The notes under the pieces were generated by a model. That model was not told where the DNA came from, did not search any database, and worked only from the letters and a program-made list of their open reading frames with translations. A stretch of 64,000 bases of DNA, from the NCBI GenBank assembly GCA_032250835.1, contig JAVVEA010000004.1, positions 183,670 through 247,669 on the forward strand. Direction: 5' to 3'. Position 1 is the stretch's first letter, and each line of letters begins with the position of its first letter. Below, piece after piece: positions 41,701 through 51,424 of this stretch. The translations under genes were made by a program, and so were the position numbers. Source of the stretch: a bacterium. Its GTDB lineage: Bacteria; SAR324; XYD2-FULL-50-16.

Positions 41701-41994
41701 CTGGGAGTGACCACTGGTAGGGTCTTGTAGGAGTTGCTTGAGGTCTTTTTGATTCGAAAGGTAAATTAGGTCCGATACCATCATGGTCAAGTCCTTGGCG
41801 ATGGCCAATCGCTGTAGCTTGACCTGCTCTAAGACTTGGTCTTGTAGGCCCTGTTTGTGGTAGACCGAAAAATAGAAATAGACCCCCAGGGAACCTAAAG
41901 TCAGGATGACAAAATAAGGGATAAAGAGCGGAAAAAAATGCTTCTGGAAGGCCTTATGAGTCCACCATTTTTCCTTGGGGCGCCGCTGGGACAT
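38740..41994 (-). CDS. Hybrid sensor kinase (periplasmic sensor, 2 PAS, HisKA/HATPase, REC, degenerate Hpt-like tail)
   Basis: Two TMs; PAS YVNPAFTRITGY; FLANMSHEIRTPLN; LTDIKMP. Confidence 0.92.
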   Translation of the reverse strand: MSQRRPKEKWWTHKAFQKHFFPLFIPYFVILTLGSLGVYFYFSVYHKQGLQDQVLEQVKLQRLAIAKDLTMMVSDLIYLSNQKDLKQLLQDPTSGHSQQVREELKTFLKAKSIYGGLALFRPGQESAVFSLHLSLSGQIDSTTEPPQLGQDGQPVLPYVYSLAPGSILLGGKMGPGSSLYFDAPLFDQGQVVGALALYYSHRLLASDLSTHMADLPGRFVLLDRKGNPLVFVGTDQRSAIPKRLTQEIPKMSDMPSQYWLGNDLITQGTLQISELVGQEHLSEAPKEALETLRLVSFIDHAEVHHAVGNSEDYVWLFWLLATDGLVYVCFLLARGRTLQDRAWSELEDQRRLTSQMLDSVPVAIFLKDLQGRYQLCNHEMAAFLGATPEEVVGKRPDELLPAAEAQAILKSDQAALVSGHTELEEFPIYRQGQRMDLIVGKRMVTPRHDEESQILGFVLDISAQKQAERQANRLRQAVEQSPASLIITDPDGIIEYVNPAFTRITGYQLEEAQGKTPRILKSGEMPLENYQQLWHQITSGRVWQGEFHNRRKDGSSYWAIASISPVLSESGELLNFLGIQEDITERKQQARELFSAKQTAEAANRAKSDFLANMSHEIRTPLNAVLGYTEILDGLIDDPRQRGYLNSVKSAGKGLLTLINDILDLSKIEAGKMRLESTPTHLSDLIGEVVSVFQLSSEQKGLRLVKLVDRRLPEALLLDEIRLRQILVNLIGNAIKFTEAGEIRILAAPERNSDGETVDLTIRIEDTGVGIVPEALQSIFDDFTQQEGQSTKKYGGTGLGLAISQKLVQMMGGEISVVSQLGQGSAFTVHLPGIKLVQGGRSLASSLAPAPQKFVAARLLLVEDNLEIRELIAEFFRDSGLLLETAVDGIEALEKIEAQKPDLILTDIKMPRLDGRKLMARLKGDPRWASIPVVAVTASNLGAPEEDLSHLGFAGILLKPVDRDRLAREIARFVDPLPDQVTAPEAAAEQSELDPAAFGRLGVLVEQLEGPLMARYVQVESNKLFGEIETFGALLEGLGQQFSVEPLARLGRQMLDQAKSFDLAGIQLSLNAYPKLVRGLRSFL

Positions 41995-41997
41995 AAC

Positions 41998-44196
41998 TCA
42001 ACCGCGCTCTAGGGCGTAAAAGAGTTCGGTCGGGTCGGATGCTGCTTTTAAGGCCAACCGGTTTTCTTCGATGCTAATGAACCGGGCAATTTTTGAGATT
42101 TGGGCTAGGTGCTTCTCGGGCTGGTTTTCGGGGCTGATCACCATGAACACAAGTTCAATGGGGTCTTCGGACCATTTGGTTTGGATCGGTGTGGTGGCTT
42201 TGGCGACGATCATCAAACAATCGGGTACCCCCTTGCAGTAGACGTGCGGCAGGCTGATCTGGTAGCCCAGCAGGCTGGAATACTCCTTTTCTCGCTCCAC
42301 CAATTCTTTGTGGAGCGAGACTTGGTCAAGGTTGCGCTGCTCCATCACGACGAGGCTCAACATCTCGCGGAATAACTCATCTAAGCTCTGGGCTTCTGAG
42401 AAAACCACCCATTCGGGCTTGGTCGGCCCGAGTAATTCATTTTTGGGCGGTTTGAGGTAGAGTACCTTGGCCATGCCATCTAGGTCCGCTGGTGGGTCCA
42501 GATAGATTTGGCCCCCGGCTTCGACTAAAAGGTGATGGCTCGGCGCGCGGTCTTGGCCGAGGTCGAACTGGTCTTCACAGATGATCAAGTCGCGCTGGTG
42601 CAGGTGCTTGGCTAAAATAGCCTTTAAAGCCAGATGGCTCCAAGCAGCGTGACCCACCATGTAGCTGCTGGGTTGTTGGGTTTTTTCCAGCATGGTGGTG
42701 GCCCAATAAAAGAGCCTCGGCTTGTTGAGTAAGTTGCCCCAGCGCTGGCAAACCAACCGGTTGAGTTCCTCGTTTTCGGTCACGGCAAAGACGGTGCCCA
42801 CCCAGTTGAGCTCGATGTGCTGGTCCATCTCCATCGTTAGGGCGTTGTCATGTATCGCGTTGAGCCCTTCGCGCAACGAAATCTTTACCTCTCGGGGGTT
42901 TGAGTCGATTAAGATCACGAAGCGACCCTGGGTCTGTAGATAAAGCGCTAAGGTGCGCGATAGCTGGTGAGCGCCGACGATCAGCCAACCGTCCGGCTCC
43001 TTTTCCCAAACGTTCAGCAGCTTGGCCACCCATTTGGCCGTAAAACCCTGCACCACCACGGTGCCCGCAATCACTGAATAGGCAAAAGCCTGTAAAAAGG
43101 TGGCGTCCTCATAGCCCAGTTCGGCCAAATGCAGCGCGAAGATCGAGGCCATCGACGCCGCCACGATGCCCCTGGGCGCGATCCAGCCTAAAAAGGCCTT
43201 CTCGCGTTTGCGTAGGCGGCTGCCGGTGGTGCTGAGCAGGATATTGGCCGGGCGCACCACCAACATAACAAAGGCCACCAGGCCCAACATAGGCCAGCCG
43301 TAGGCCAAGAACTTGGCGGACTCTAAGTTGGCGGCGAGCAGCATAAACAACAGACCAATCAAAAAATCTTTTAACTCCACCTTATAGGCGATCACCCGGT
43401 CGATCTTGGGGCTCTTGCGGTAGCCTAAAATAAAGCCCGAAATAGTGACCGAAAGGAGCCCCGCCTCAGGTACCAAGGTGTCCGCAATGGCGAAGTCTAA
43501 GAGGGCGCAGGTTAGGACAAAGACGTTCAAACGCTCGTCGGGCACCCAGCCTTTTTTCATGATCAGGTCGATACCCAACCCGAAGAAAACACCCACCCCC
43601 AGGCCCACCACAAAGCGGTACAAAAAGGCATAAAAGGCTTCGGTGCCGCTGCCGACGCCGCTGCCTTGTTGGATAATGAACTCGTAACAGAGCAGGGAGA
43701 TAAAGACGCCTATGGGGTCGATCAAGACCCCTTCCCAATAGAGGATTTGGTGCACCTTCTTAGGCACGCGGACCCGCTGCAACAAGGGCCCGACCACGGT
43801 GGGGCCGGTGACGATGATCAAGGACCCAGCGAGCAAAGAGAAGGGAATGCTAAAATCAAAAACAAAATAAATCGCCGTCGCCGTAAAGAGCCAAGTGACC
43901 AAAACGCCTCTGGTCAAAAGCCCCCAAATCTCTTTGGCCCCTTGGCGGTATCCCTTGATGTCTAAGGTCAAGCCACCTTCAAAGAGGATCAAACCTACCG
44001 CCAGCGAGATGATAGCACTCATCCCTTCGCCCAAAACCTCCGGATGGATCAACCCGGCCATCTCGGGCCCCAACAGGTAACCCCCGGCCAGCAAAACCAC
44101 AATCGCACTGGTGCGCAGCTTGCTCGAGAGCACCACAAAGAGCACCCCAAAGAAGGCAGAAAAGACAAAGGTGGTCAGGATTTGGTGTGAGGCCAT
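41998..44196 (-). CDS. CPA1 (NhaP-type) cation/proton antiporter fused to RCK-like and PTS EIIA domains
   Basis: LILFEGG, VTGPTV, EGVLIDP and APRGIVAA; WLIVGA...ILIDSN; LVEREKEYSS...ISLPH. Confidence 0.88.
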   Translation of the reverse strand: MASHQILTTFVFSAFFGVLFVVLSSKLRTSAIVVLLAGGYLLGPEMAGLIHPEVLGEGMSAIISLAVGLILFEGGLTLDIKGYRQGAKEIWGLLTRGVLVTWLFTATAIYFVFDFSIPFSLLAGSLIIVTGPTVVGPLLQRVRVPKKVHQILYWEGVLIDPIGVFISLLCYEFIIQQGSGVGSGTEAFYAFLYRFVVGLGVGVFFGLGIDLIMKKGWVPDERLNVFVLTCALLDFAIADTLVPEAGLLSVTISGFILGYRKSPKIDRVIAYKVELKDFLIGLLFMLLAANLESAKFLAYGWPMLGLVAFVMLVVRPANILLSTTGSRLRKREKAFLGWIAPRGIVAASMASIFALHLAELGYEDATFLQAFAYSVIAGTVVVQGFTAKWVAKLLNVWEKEPDGWLIVGAHQLSRTLALYLQTQGRFVILIDSNPREVKISLREGLNAIHDNALTMEMDQHIELNWVGTVFAVTENEELNRLVCQRWGNLLNKPRLFYWATTMLEKTQQPSSYMVGHAAWSHLALKAILAKHLHQRDLIICEDQFDLGQDRAPSHHLLVEAGGQIYLDPPADLDGMAKVLYLKPPKNELLGPTKPEWVVFSEAQSLDELFREMLSLVVMEQRNLDQVSLHKELVEREKEYSSLLGYQISLPHVYCKGVPDCLMIVAKATTPIQTKWSEDPIELVFMVISPENQPEKHLAQISKIARFISIEENRLALKAASDPTELFYALERG

Positions 44197-44355
44197 CGAG
44201 CGTTTCCAAAAGGGAATAGGGTTCTATAACTAGGTGGTCCCTATATACGCTATTTGCTGGCTTCGGGCAATCGGTTAGCGAGCGGGGTGGGGGAGGGTCT
44301 CTTGGGCCCCACTCGACTCGCAGGGGTTTTGTCCAGCGGGCCGGTAAACATGGGC

Positions 44356-45378
44356 TTAAGGGGTCCCAGCAGCGGGATCGGTGCCCCGGACGCATTTGAT
44401 TTGGCAGGCTGCGGGTTGCAGGACCGCTTTGCCTGAATTGAGGTTCGCGGCCTTGGCTGAAGCTTTCTGCTCGAACCAATGACAACGCGATTGGGGCGCA
44501 AGCTGTCGGTAGTTGAACCCAAAAATCTGTTCTTTGCTGGTTGAACCCTGTGTGAATAACTGGGTCAACGCTTGGGGCAACATCGAGTCCACCGGTGGGG
44601 TGGGGCGGCCGATGATGCTGTATATTTCCTGGTCATTCGGCACGCGCCAGTCTCGATACCCGTCGATGATCAACCCCTGGCAGTAGAGCTGCGCCGTCTC
44701 AAACCGGTAGACGTTGGGGTTGGCCCGGCGTTCCCAGCTCAAACTGGTGGCGGTGTCGAAGACTCGATTTTCAGACAGGTAATAGTCGCCAAGGGCCGAT
44801 CCAGGTTGTTTGGGGATATAGATAGAGTCTACGATGATCTGCTCGCTGGATTGGACCTGCGACACCCTGAAGGTGACGTGGTAATGGCCTTGCGACCAGG
44901 AATACTGCGGCGAAATCACCAGATCTGGGTCATGGATCGGAGACCCTTCGGTTTGTGAACTGTAGCTCGGTTGAGCTTCCAGCACCTGGTACCCCCCTTC
45001 GGGCGCGTAGCGCACCAAGTACTTGAGTAAAAGTGCGTCCATTTCTGAGGCAATAGGCCACTTTTCCTCGGGCTTGTCGGTGTTGACGAAGCCCTTGACC
45101 AGCAAGGCGGGACGGCCTTGGCGGCTGGTCGTTTGCTGGGCGAACTTTTTCGCCCAACGACTGATGGCCTGCTCTATGGGGGTATTCTCTCGGGCTTCTT
45201 GGCGGGTGATGATGCGGACCTTAGAGTTTTCGGCCTGCCGGTTCGGCGGCGGCCTATGGGTACCGCAGCCACTTAAAACCAGCAGCCCGACCAACAGCCA
45301 AGGGATGCAAAGTACCGCCGGTCGGGCCTCGGTGCGGCTCGACCGCGAAAGGAAAGGCCCTCTAGGTTGGGTTTTCAT
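44356..45378 (-). CDS. Lipoprotein with C-terminal DUF1566 (Lcl) domain
   Basis: Lipobox VLSGC; DTATSLSW, AQLYC, GYRDWRVP..E and KCVR motifs. Confidence 0.75.
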   Translation of the reverse strand: MKTQPRGPFLSRSSRTEARPAVLCIPWLLVGLLVLSGCGTHRPPPNRQAENSKVRIITRQEARENTPIEQAISRWAKKFAQQTTSRQGRPALLVKGFVNTDKPEEKWPIASEMDALLLKYLVRYAPEGGYQVLEAQPSYSSQTEGSPIHDPDLVISPQYSWSQGHYHVTFRVSQVQSSEQIIVDSIYIPKQPGSALGDYYLSENRVFDTATSLSWERRANPNVYRFETAQLYCQGLIIDGYRDWRVPNDQEIYSIIGRPTPPVDSMLPQALTQLFTQGSTSKEQIFGFNYRQLAPQSRCHWFEQKASAKAANLNSGKAVLQPAACQIKCVRGTDPAAGTP

Positions 45379-45388
45379 GACCGCACAC

Positions 45389-46234
45389 CTATTGGACGTA
45401 TTCGATGGGCCTCATGTTGACGTAACGAGGCTGGCTGACCGCGCCGAGTCCGAAGTTGATCGACAGGGCATTGATGTTTTGATCCGAAGAAACCGGGGTG
45501 GCGTGGGTCAACATGGAGTATTCCATCCCGATGGTCAGCTCAATGCCCAAGGAAACATCGAAGGTAGAGCTGGTACCGAAGGAAATACCGGTCAGTTGGG
45601 TCGGGACGGTGGAGACCGAACCATCGGAGTTGACCGTGGAAAGTTGGCCGGTAAGGTAGGTGTTATACATGGCGTAAACGCAGTCGAAACCTACATGGTA
45701 GCAATACCCGCCGCCTACGGCCACCGTGTACAATTGCGAGACGCCCAGGGTGTCCACAAAGCTCTTTAAGCTGGAATCGACGATCGTGCTGTCTACGCTG
45801 CTGGCCGAGGTGATCTCTGTTTTACCGGCGCGGGCCTTGAGGATCGGCGTCCCGCCTTCTAGCGCTTTCATGAGTACCGGGAACTCCCAGGTAACCCCGA
45901 AGTTGTAGCCTGAAATGGTCTCGAAATTGTTTTTCTCGCCCGTGAAGCCGCTGCTAGCGATAAATCCAGCGTCGAAGGACCTTAAGTCGATCAAGTTGAC
46001 GTTCCCGTACATGGACTTCAAGGTCCTGGCGTCTTTTTGTTTGGCTGTGCGGTCTTGGTTTTGGAAGGTCTCAATCTTTTTGGGCGAGAACAAGGAGTTT
46101 TCTACTTCGTCACCGATGAGTACATCGGACCCGTTGTTGTTCAAGCGGTCTTGGGCATAAGCGGTGGTGCTCAATCCCACAATCAACGAGGCAAAAACTA
46201 CGGTTTGTAGAATTTTCATGTTTGAATACCACAT
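45389..46234 (-). CDS. Secreted or outer-membrane hypothetical protein
   Basis: Signal peptide ending TAYA; alternating beta-strand-like segments; true start may be MKIL at 46219. Confidence 0.65.
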   Translation of the reverse strand: MWYSNMKILQTVVFASLIVGLSTTAYAQDRLNNNGSDVLIGDEVENSLFSPKKIETFQNQDRTAKQKDARTLKSMYGNVNLIDLRSFDAGFIASSGFTGEKNNFETISGYNFGVTWEFPVLMKALEGGTPILKARAGKTEITSASSVDSTIVDSSLKSFVDTLGVSQLYTVAVGGGYCYHVGFDCVYAMYNTYLTGQLSTVNSDGSVSTVPTQLTGISFGTSSTFDVSLGIELTIGMEYSMLTHATPVSSDQNINALSINFGLGAVSQPRYVNMRPIEYVQ

Positions 46235-46623
46235 TCATGTTCAAATTCAAGAAAGCCCCACTCAAAATAGCTGGGCTGTTTATAACAAGGGGCGATATTT
46301 TTTTCAATAGTTTGCAACTTTTTATGCGCCCCCTTTAGCCAAGAGGAGCTGCCAAAGCAACTGGTTTAAGGGCAAAGATGGGTGCCGCTGGGCTGGGGCG
46401 GACGGCTTGGTCCAAGCGGGGGAGGGGTTGGGTCTTGAAGCCCGAACCAACTACCCAGACCCGCTAGCCTTTGTGGTTGCTGTTGGCGCAGAAGTTTGCT
46501 GCGTTCCCTTGTCCGAATTTGGGGACGAAATTTTCCTGATCACTGCTTGGCTGGATCGCAAATTCAAGAGGAAATCCCGATGAAAGACTAGCCGAATCCG
46601 CTGGATGAATTTGAAGCCCTTGG

Positions 46624-46850
46624 ATGCAAGACCTAGAAGCCGAAAACCCCGTCTTCGCCAAAGGCATTAAAGGCGCTAAAGGACAAGACACTGGTGGACT
46701 CAAGTTTAAAAAATCCCATCTTTTCAGCATCTGCATCTCCGATTCAGACCTTGATGCCATCCAGTTCAAAGCCACCAAATCAGGCATCCCCTATCAAACC
46801 ATAAACCATTGATTCCAAAACAAATACGTTACCGTTCAGGTAGAAGCCTG
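46624..46850 (+). pseudogene. Decayed CopG/RHH-type antitoxin-like gene
   Basis: ISDSDLDAIQFKATKSGIPYQT, an in-frame TGA, then FQNKYVT continuing in the same frame. Confidence 0.55.
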
Positions 46851-46993
46851 GTTTTTTGAGGGCACCCCCCAATCCGGCTCCAAAATTGCTTTGCCAAGGG
46901 GCAAGCTAGAGAGCCCGCCTGCAACGCCATGCATCTTGCAAAGCTGGGGTGAGTTGGGGTAGGGTTAGGACATCATAATACTGAGGAAGTTAG

Positions 46994-47464
46994 ATGACCA
47001 AAACCGAAGATTTTTTTGAAGCCACCGAAGGCAAGCTGCTGACCTTCCAGTTAGGCGAACAACATTACGGCGTGCGGATCGATCAGGCCCGTGAGGTGGT
47101 GGGATTGATGGCCATTGATCCGGTGCCCCAGACGCCAGATTACCTGTTGGGCGTGATGAACCTGCGCGGCAAGATTGTTCCGGTCATGAGTCTGCGGCGC
47201 AAGTTGGGTATGGAAGACGCAGAGGTCACCGGCGAAACCTGCACCGTGGTGGCGACGCTGAACGGGGAAGAGACGGGTATCGTGGTCGACTTCTTGGTCG
47301 GCGTGGTGACCGTTAGTCCTGAGCAATTCCAGTCGGATATGAATCTGGGCGACCATATCGACACCAGCGTGCTGTATGGCATGGCCAAAATGCCTGACCG
47401 GGTGATTGCTATCTTGGAGCTAAACGCCCTACTAGAAAAGCTCGACGAGCACCACTCCGCCTAA
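46994..47464 (+). CDS. cheW: Chemotaxis coupling protein CheW
   Basis: LTFQLG, VPQTPDYLLGVMNLRGKIVPV and GIVVD motifs. Confidence 0.95.
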   Translation: MTKTEDFFEATEGKLLTFQLGEQHYGVRIDQAREVVGLMAIDPVPQTPDYLLGVMNLRGKIVPVMSLRRKLGMEDAEVTGETCTVVATLNGEETGIVVDFLVGVVTVSPEQFQSDMNLGDHIDTSVLYGMAKMPDRVIAILELNALLEKLDEHHSA

Positions 47465-47585
47465 ACCCCGGCCCAGATATTTGGGCCCCCGGCCCGGCCC
47501 CTGCGGCTTTACAAAGCTTCCGCATTCTGCCATTGATGGGCGATCAACCCATTTTTGACCTGTTGACCCCTCTAAAATCCGACCC

Positions 47586-50060
47586 ATGAGCCTGCTCGAC
47601 GCGAAGCGCTACGACCACCAGGAAGCCGAAACCCTCTGGTCCCAATTTTGGGAAGAACAGGGAATCTACCGCTACGACCCCCAGTCTTCCAAGCCCCTCT
47701 TCAGCGTCGACACACCGCCGCCCTACGCCTCTGCCGCCCACCTGCACGTGGGCCACGCCATGAGCTATTCTCAGGCAGAAATCCTGATCCGCCAAAAGCG
47801 GATGGCCGGGCACAACATCTTTTACCCCATGGGTTTTGACGACAACGGCCTACCCACCGAGCGTTACGTCGAAAAGAAATACCAGATCAACAAGTCAAAG
47901 ATCACCCGCCCGGAGTTCGTGGAACTCTGCATGAAGGAAACCAAGCTAGTCACCGAGTCTTACCGCCATTTTTGGCGCATGTTGGGCATCAGTGTGGATT
48001 GGAGCTTGGAGTATTCCACCATCAGCCCGCCGGCGGTGCATGTCGCCCAGTCCAGCTTTTTAGACCTCGTCAAAAAGGGTCTGGCGGTGCGCAAGAAAGA
48101 GCCCATTATGTGGGACGTGAGCCTGCAGACCGCCTTGGCCCAAGCGGATATTGAGGCCATCGAGCGCAACGGCCAGCTCAACGATGTGGCCTTCCATAGC
48201 GCCGATACCGGCGAAGAACTGGTGATCAGCACCACCCGCCCCGAGTTGATCCCCGCCTGTGTGGCGCTGTTCTGCAACCCCGCCGACAGCCGGTATCAGC
48301 ACCTTTTGGGCAAAAAAGCCAAGGTGCCGCTTTTTGACTATGAGGTGCCCATCTTAACCGATGATTCGGTGGATTTGGAATTTGGGACGGGCTTGATGAT
48401 GGTTTGTACCTTCGGCGACCCCGAAGACATCGCCAAGTGGCACAAATACAAGCTCGACACCCGGGTGATCCTCAACGAACGGGGCATTTTGGGTGAGTTG
48501 GCCGGGGAATTCGCCGGGGAGCATGTCTCCAAGGCGCGGGCCAAAGTCTTAGAAAAGCTGGAAGAACAGGGCTTCTTAAAGGGCCAAAAGCAGACCTTAC
48601 AGCGCGTTTCGGTGGCCGAGCGCAGCGGCACGCCGGTGGAATACATCCCCCATTTGCAATGGTTCATCAGCCTGATGGACCATGCCGACGCTTTCTTGAA
48701 GCGTGCCGAGGAGCTCAACTGGTTCCCCGACTACTTCCAGAAGCGCTACGACCACTGGGTCGAAGGGCTCAAGTGGGATTGGTGCGTGAGCCGCCAACGC
48801 TTTTACGGCGTACCCATCCCGGTTTGGTACTGCGGCCAGTGCGATGCGCCGATAGTCGCCGAGCCCGACGAACTGCCCATTGACCCCACCAGCCAAGGCC
48901 CCAAGGCAAAAACTTGCCCCCACTGTGGGCACGGTGAATTCCGGGCGGAACAAGACGTTTTTGATACCTGGATGACCAGCAGCCTGACCCCGCAAATCAA
49001 CAGCGGGCTTAAGTTGGACGCCGAAGGCAACTGGAAGGCCGACCGGCCCGGCTTGTTCCCTATGAACATCCGGGTCCAGGGCTTTGAGATCATCCGCACC
49101 TGGCTGTTTTACACCGTCGTCAAAGGCCACTTCCACCAGGACAGCCTGCCTTGGAAAGATGTGGTGATCAGCGGTTGGGGCTTGGATAAAAAGGGCCAGA
49201 AAATCAGCAAGTCCAAGGGCAACTACGAAGACCCCGTAGAAATCGTCCAGAAATACAGCGCTGACGCGTTGCGGTACTGGTCGGCCCTGGGCACCTTGGG
49301 CCATGACCTGCGTTACAACGAGGTAGAGGTCAAGAACGGCCAGAAACTACTCAATAAGATCTACAACAGCACCCGCTTTTTGAGCATGAGCTTAGGCGAA
49401 GACTACCAACACGGCTGGGACGATGCCGCCTTGTTGCCGGTGGACCGTTGGTTGTTGGGCGGTTCTGATCAGGTCTTAACACAGGTCCAGGCCGCCTTCG
49501 ATAAGTACGACTACTCCAACGCCCTGCGGGCCGTAGAGCGGTTCTTTTGGGACGCCTACTGCGACAACTATTTAGAGATGATCAAGTTCCGGCTTTGGAA
49601 CAGCGAAGACAACGCCACCAACTACACCGACGCCCAAATCCAGGCTGGTAAGGCCGTGGCGGTGGAAGTGTTGTTCCGCCTAGTGAAGCTTTTTGCTCCT
49701 TTCATCCCCTTCATCACCGAACAGGTTTACCAGGGCTTCTTTAAAGAGAAGGTCGGCGGCCCGGTCAGTGTGCATATCGCCGAATGGCCAGAGCCCCTGC
49801 GCCAGGGCTATGGCGAAGAGGATTTGGCCAAAGGGACCAAGCTGGACGAGGTTTTGGGGGTGATCCGCAAGGAGAAGATCGAAAACCAAATCGGTATTGC
49901 CACCAAGATCCGGGCCGCCCACTTGAGCGGCCCGGCGGACTACGTGGCCCTCTGCCGCGAGTTCGAGACCGAGATTGCCTCAGCGGTCCGCGCCGTGGCT
50001 TTCACGCTCACCGAAGCGCCGGAGCTGAGCGCGAAGATTGAGGCGATGCCCAAGGGGTAG
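47586..50060 (+). CDS. valS: Valine-tRNA ligase, type-2 (archaeal-like) form
   Basis: DTPPP, HVGH, GFDDNGLPTE, STTRPEL, DWCVSRQR, FDTWMTSS, QGFEIIRTW and KISKSKGN motifs. Confidence 0.93.
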   Translation: MSLLDAKRYDHQEAETLWSQFWEEQGIYRYDPQSSKPLFSVDTPPPYASAAHLHVGHAMSYSQAEILIRQKRMAGHNIFYPMGFDDNGLPTERYVEKKYQINKSKITRPEFVELCMKETKLVTESYRHFWRMLGISVDWSLEYSTISPPAVHVAQSSFLDLVKKGLAVRKKEPIMWDVSLQTALAQADIEAIERNGQLNDVAFHSADTGEELVISTTRPELIPACVALFCNPADSRYQHLLGKKAKVPLFDYEVPILTDDSVDLEFGTGLMMVCTFGDPEDIAKWHKYKLDTRVILNERGILGELAGEFAGEHVSKARAKVLEKLEEQGFLKGQKQTLQRVSVAERSGTPVEYIPHLQWFISLMDHADAFLKRAEELNWFPDYFQKRYDHWVEGLKWDWCVSRQRFYGVPIPVWYCGQCDAPIVAEPDELPIDPTSQGPKAKTCPHCGHGEFRAEQDVFDTWMTSSLTPQINSGLKLDAEGNWKADRPGLFPMNIRVQGFEIIRTWLFYTVVKGHFHQDSLPWKDVVISGWGLDKKGQKISKSKGNYEDPVEIVQKYSADALRYWSALGTLGHDLRYNEVEVKNGQKLLNKIYNSTRFLSMSLGEDYQHGWDDAALLPVDRWLLGGSDQVLTQVQAAFDKYDYSNALRAVERFFWDAYCDNYLEMIKFRLWNSEDNATNYTDAQIQAGKAVAVEVLFRLVKLFAPFIPFITEQVYQGFFKEKVGGPVSVHIAEWPEPLRQGYGEEDLAKGTKLDEVLGVIRKEKIENQIGIATKIRAAHLSGPADYVALCREFETEIASAVRAVAFTLTEAPELSAKIEAMPKG

Positions 50061-50091
50061 GTTTTTTAAAAAGCCGCAGCAGGCAAATAAA

Positions 50092-50163
50092 CGGGGTCCA
50101 GGGGCCTTTGGCCCTTGGCAGGGGAGAAGGCGGCTTGCCGCCGCGAGGGGGCAGCGCCCCCTT
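50092..50163. repeat. REP-like cluster of GC-rich hairpins after valS
   Basis: CCAGGGGCC-TTT-GGCCCTTGG, GGCGGC-TT-GCCGCC and AGGGGGC-AGC-GCCCCCT. Confidence 0.6.
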
Positions 50164-50461
50164 GAAGGAGCTTAAAGGGTAAAGATGAGCCCAAAAAGAG
50201 CAAGACTCGTTGAATTCAGCGCCTTTAGGAATTTTCTCAGAGCGTGGGAAGAGCAGAAGCTTTGGATTTAGTATCGGCCTTGAATCGGAGACAACGCGCT
50301 GGATTCACCCCGATAAGCGAGCGCAGCGATGCTTGAGGGCGTGAACCCCCACAAGGCGTCCCCTGCTGACAATCACTCCGATACTTGAAGCGAGAGCTTC
50401 AAAGTCTTCTTTTCTAAATGTTGGGGGGCACAAAGCGCATGGAAGGAATATAGGGCTGGGA

Positions 50462-50890
50462 CTTCTTTTTTTGACTGCCAAAAAAAGAAGCAAAAAAAGC
50501 AGCCCCCAAAGGCTCGCCGCTAAGAGCCCCTACGCCAAGCTACGCTAAAAGCCAAAAACTCGCCCTCGCTCCGCTCGAAGCTCAGACAGTTTGGCTTTTT
50601 TAACGCTAAGCTTGGCTACGGGCTCTAAGCGCCTCACCAACGGGGGTACCAAAAGACCCTATCTGCCAAGAAATTTTGAGGCCAAAGGCTGCATGCGTTG
50701 TACATGGTAGCTGTCAGCGAAGCGCACTCTCTGCGCTCGAAGCTCGAACAGGTGGCATTTTGGCCGCTACGCTTTGGCTAGGGGCTCTAAACTGCTCGCA
50801 AAAGGGAACCCAAGAGCTGCACACCCAGGTGTGGGACTTGCGGAAAACACAGGAACTATCCTCTGCTTTCTTTGCTTAACTTGTTGCCCG
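50462..50890. repeat. Long palindromic non-coding element (MITE/REP-like)
   Basis: Perfect 12-bp hairpin at 50462-50490; imperfect ~100-nt hairpin at 50523-50626; arm recurs near 50773-50788. Confidence 0.6.
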
Positions 50891-50892
50891 CG

Positions 50893-51252
50893 CTACAGCC
50901 CGCCCCGCGTCGCCATTTCCTCAAGCTGTTTGAGTGTTGGGATTTTGGCACCATGCTTAATGCGCTTATTAACTCCGTTCTGGATATCAGTAACCGCTTT
51001 TTCAAGGTACTTAAGGGCAAGTGGCTGCCAGCCGTGCGCGGTGGCCAGATTTGTTACTTCATCGGGGTCGAAGGCGATCCCATTTTTGGCCAAGGCCTTA
51101 AATCCAGCAATAACCGCATCTTCGTCCAGCGGGTGGAGTCCGCTCTTATTGACAATAGCGGAAAGGTGAATCATGAGCGCTTCGGTTAGTCGGTCCAATT
51201 GTTTCTCCAAATCAAAAGATTTTTTGTAATCTACTAGCGATTTAACACACAT
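50893..51252 (-). CDS. Hypothetical protein
   Basis: 119-aa ORF with protein-like composition, downstream of 51425-52489 on the same strand. Confidence 0.55.
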   Translation of the reverse strand: MCVKSLVDYKKSFDLEKQLDRLTEALMIHLSAIVNKSGLHPLDEDAVIAGFKALAKNGIAFDPDEVTNLATAHGWQPLALKYLEKAVTDIQNGVNKRIKHGAKIPTLKQLEEMATRGGL

Positions 51253-51424
51253 ACAGGAAAACAGGTGACAGCAAATCTGCTGTTTTGGTTGAGGTATGAA
51301 ACGGCCTTGAAAGGAATTGGCTGCCCCCTCGCGCCGCCCGGTGCGTATGTTGGCTTGCTGCCACCAAGTTTCAGCGTCATTAAAAACACCTCGATGTCAG
51401 CAGGCGGGAGCGGGGTGGAGCGGG

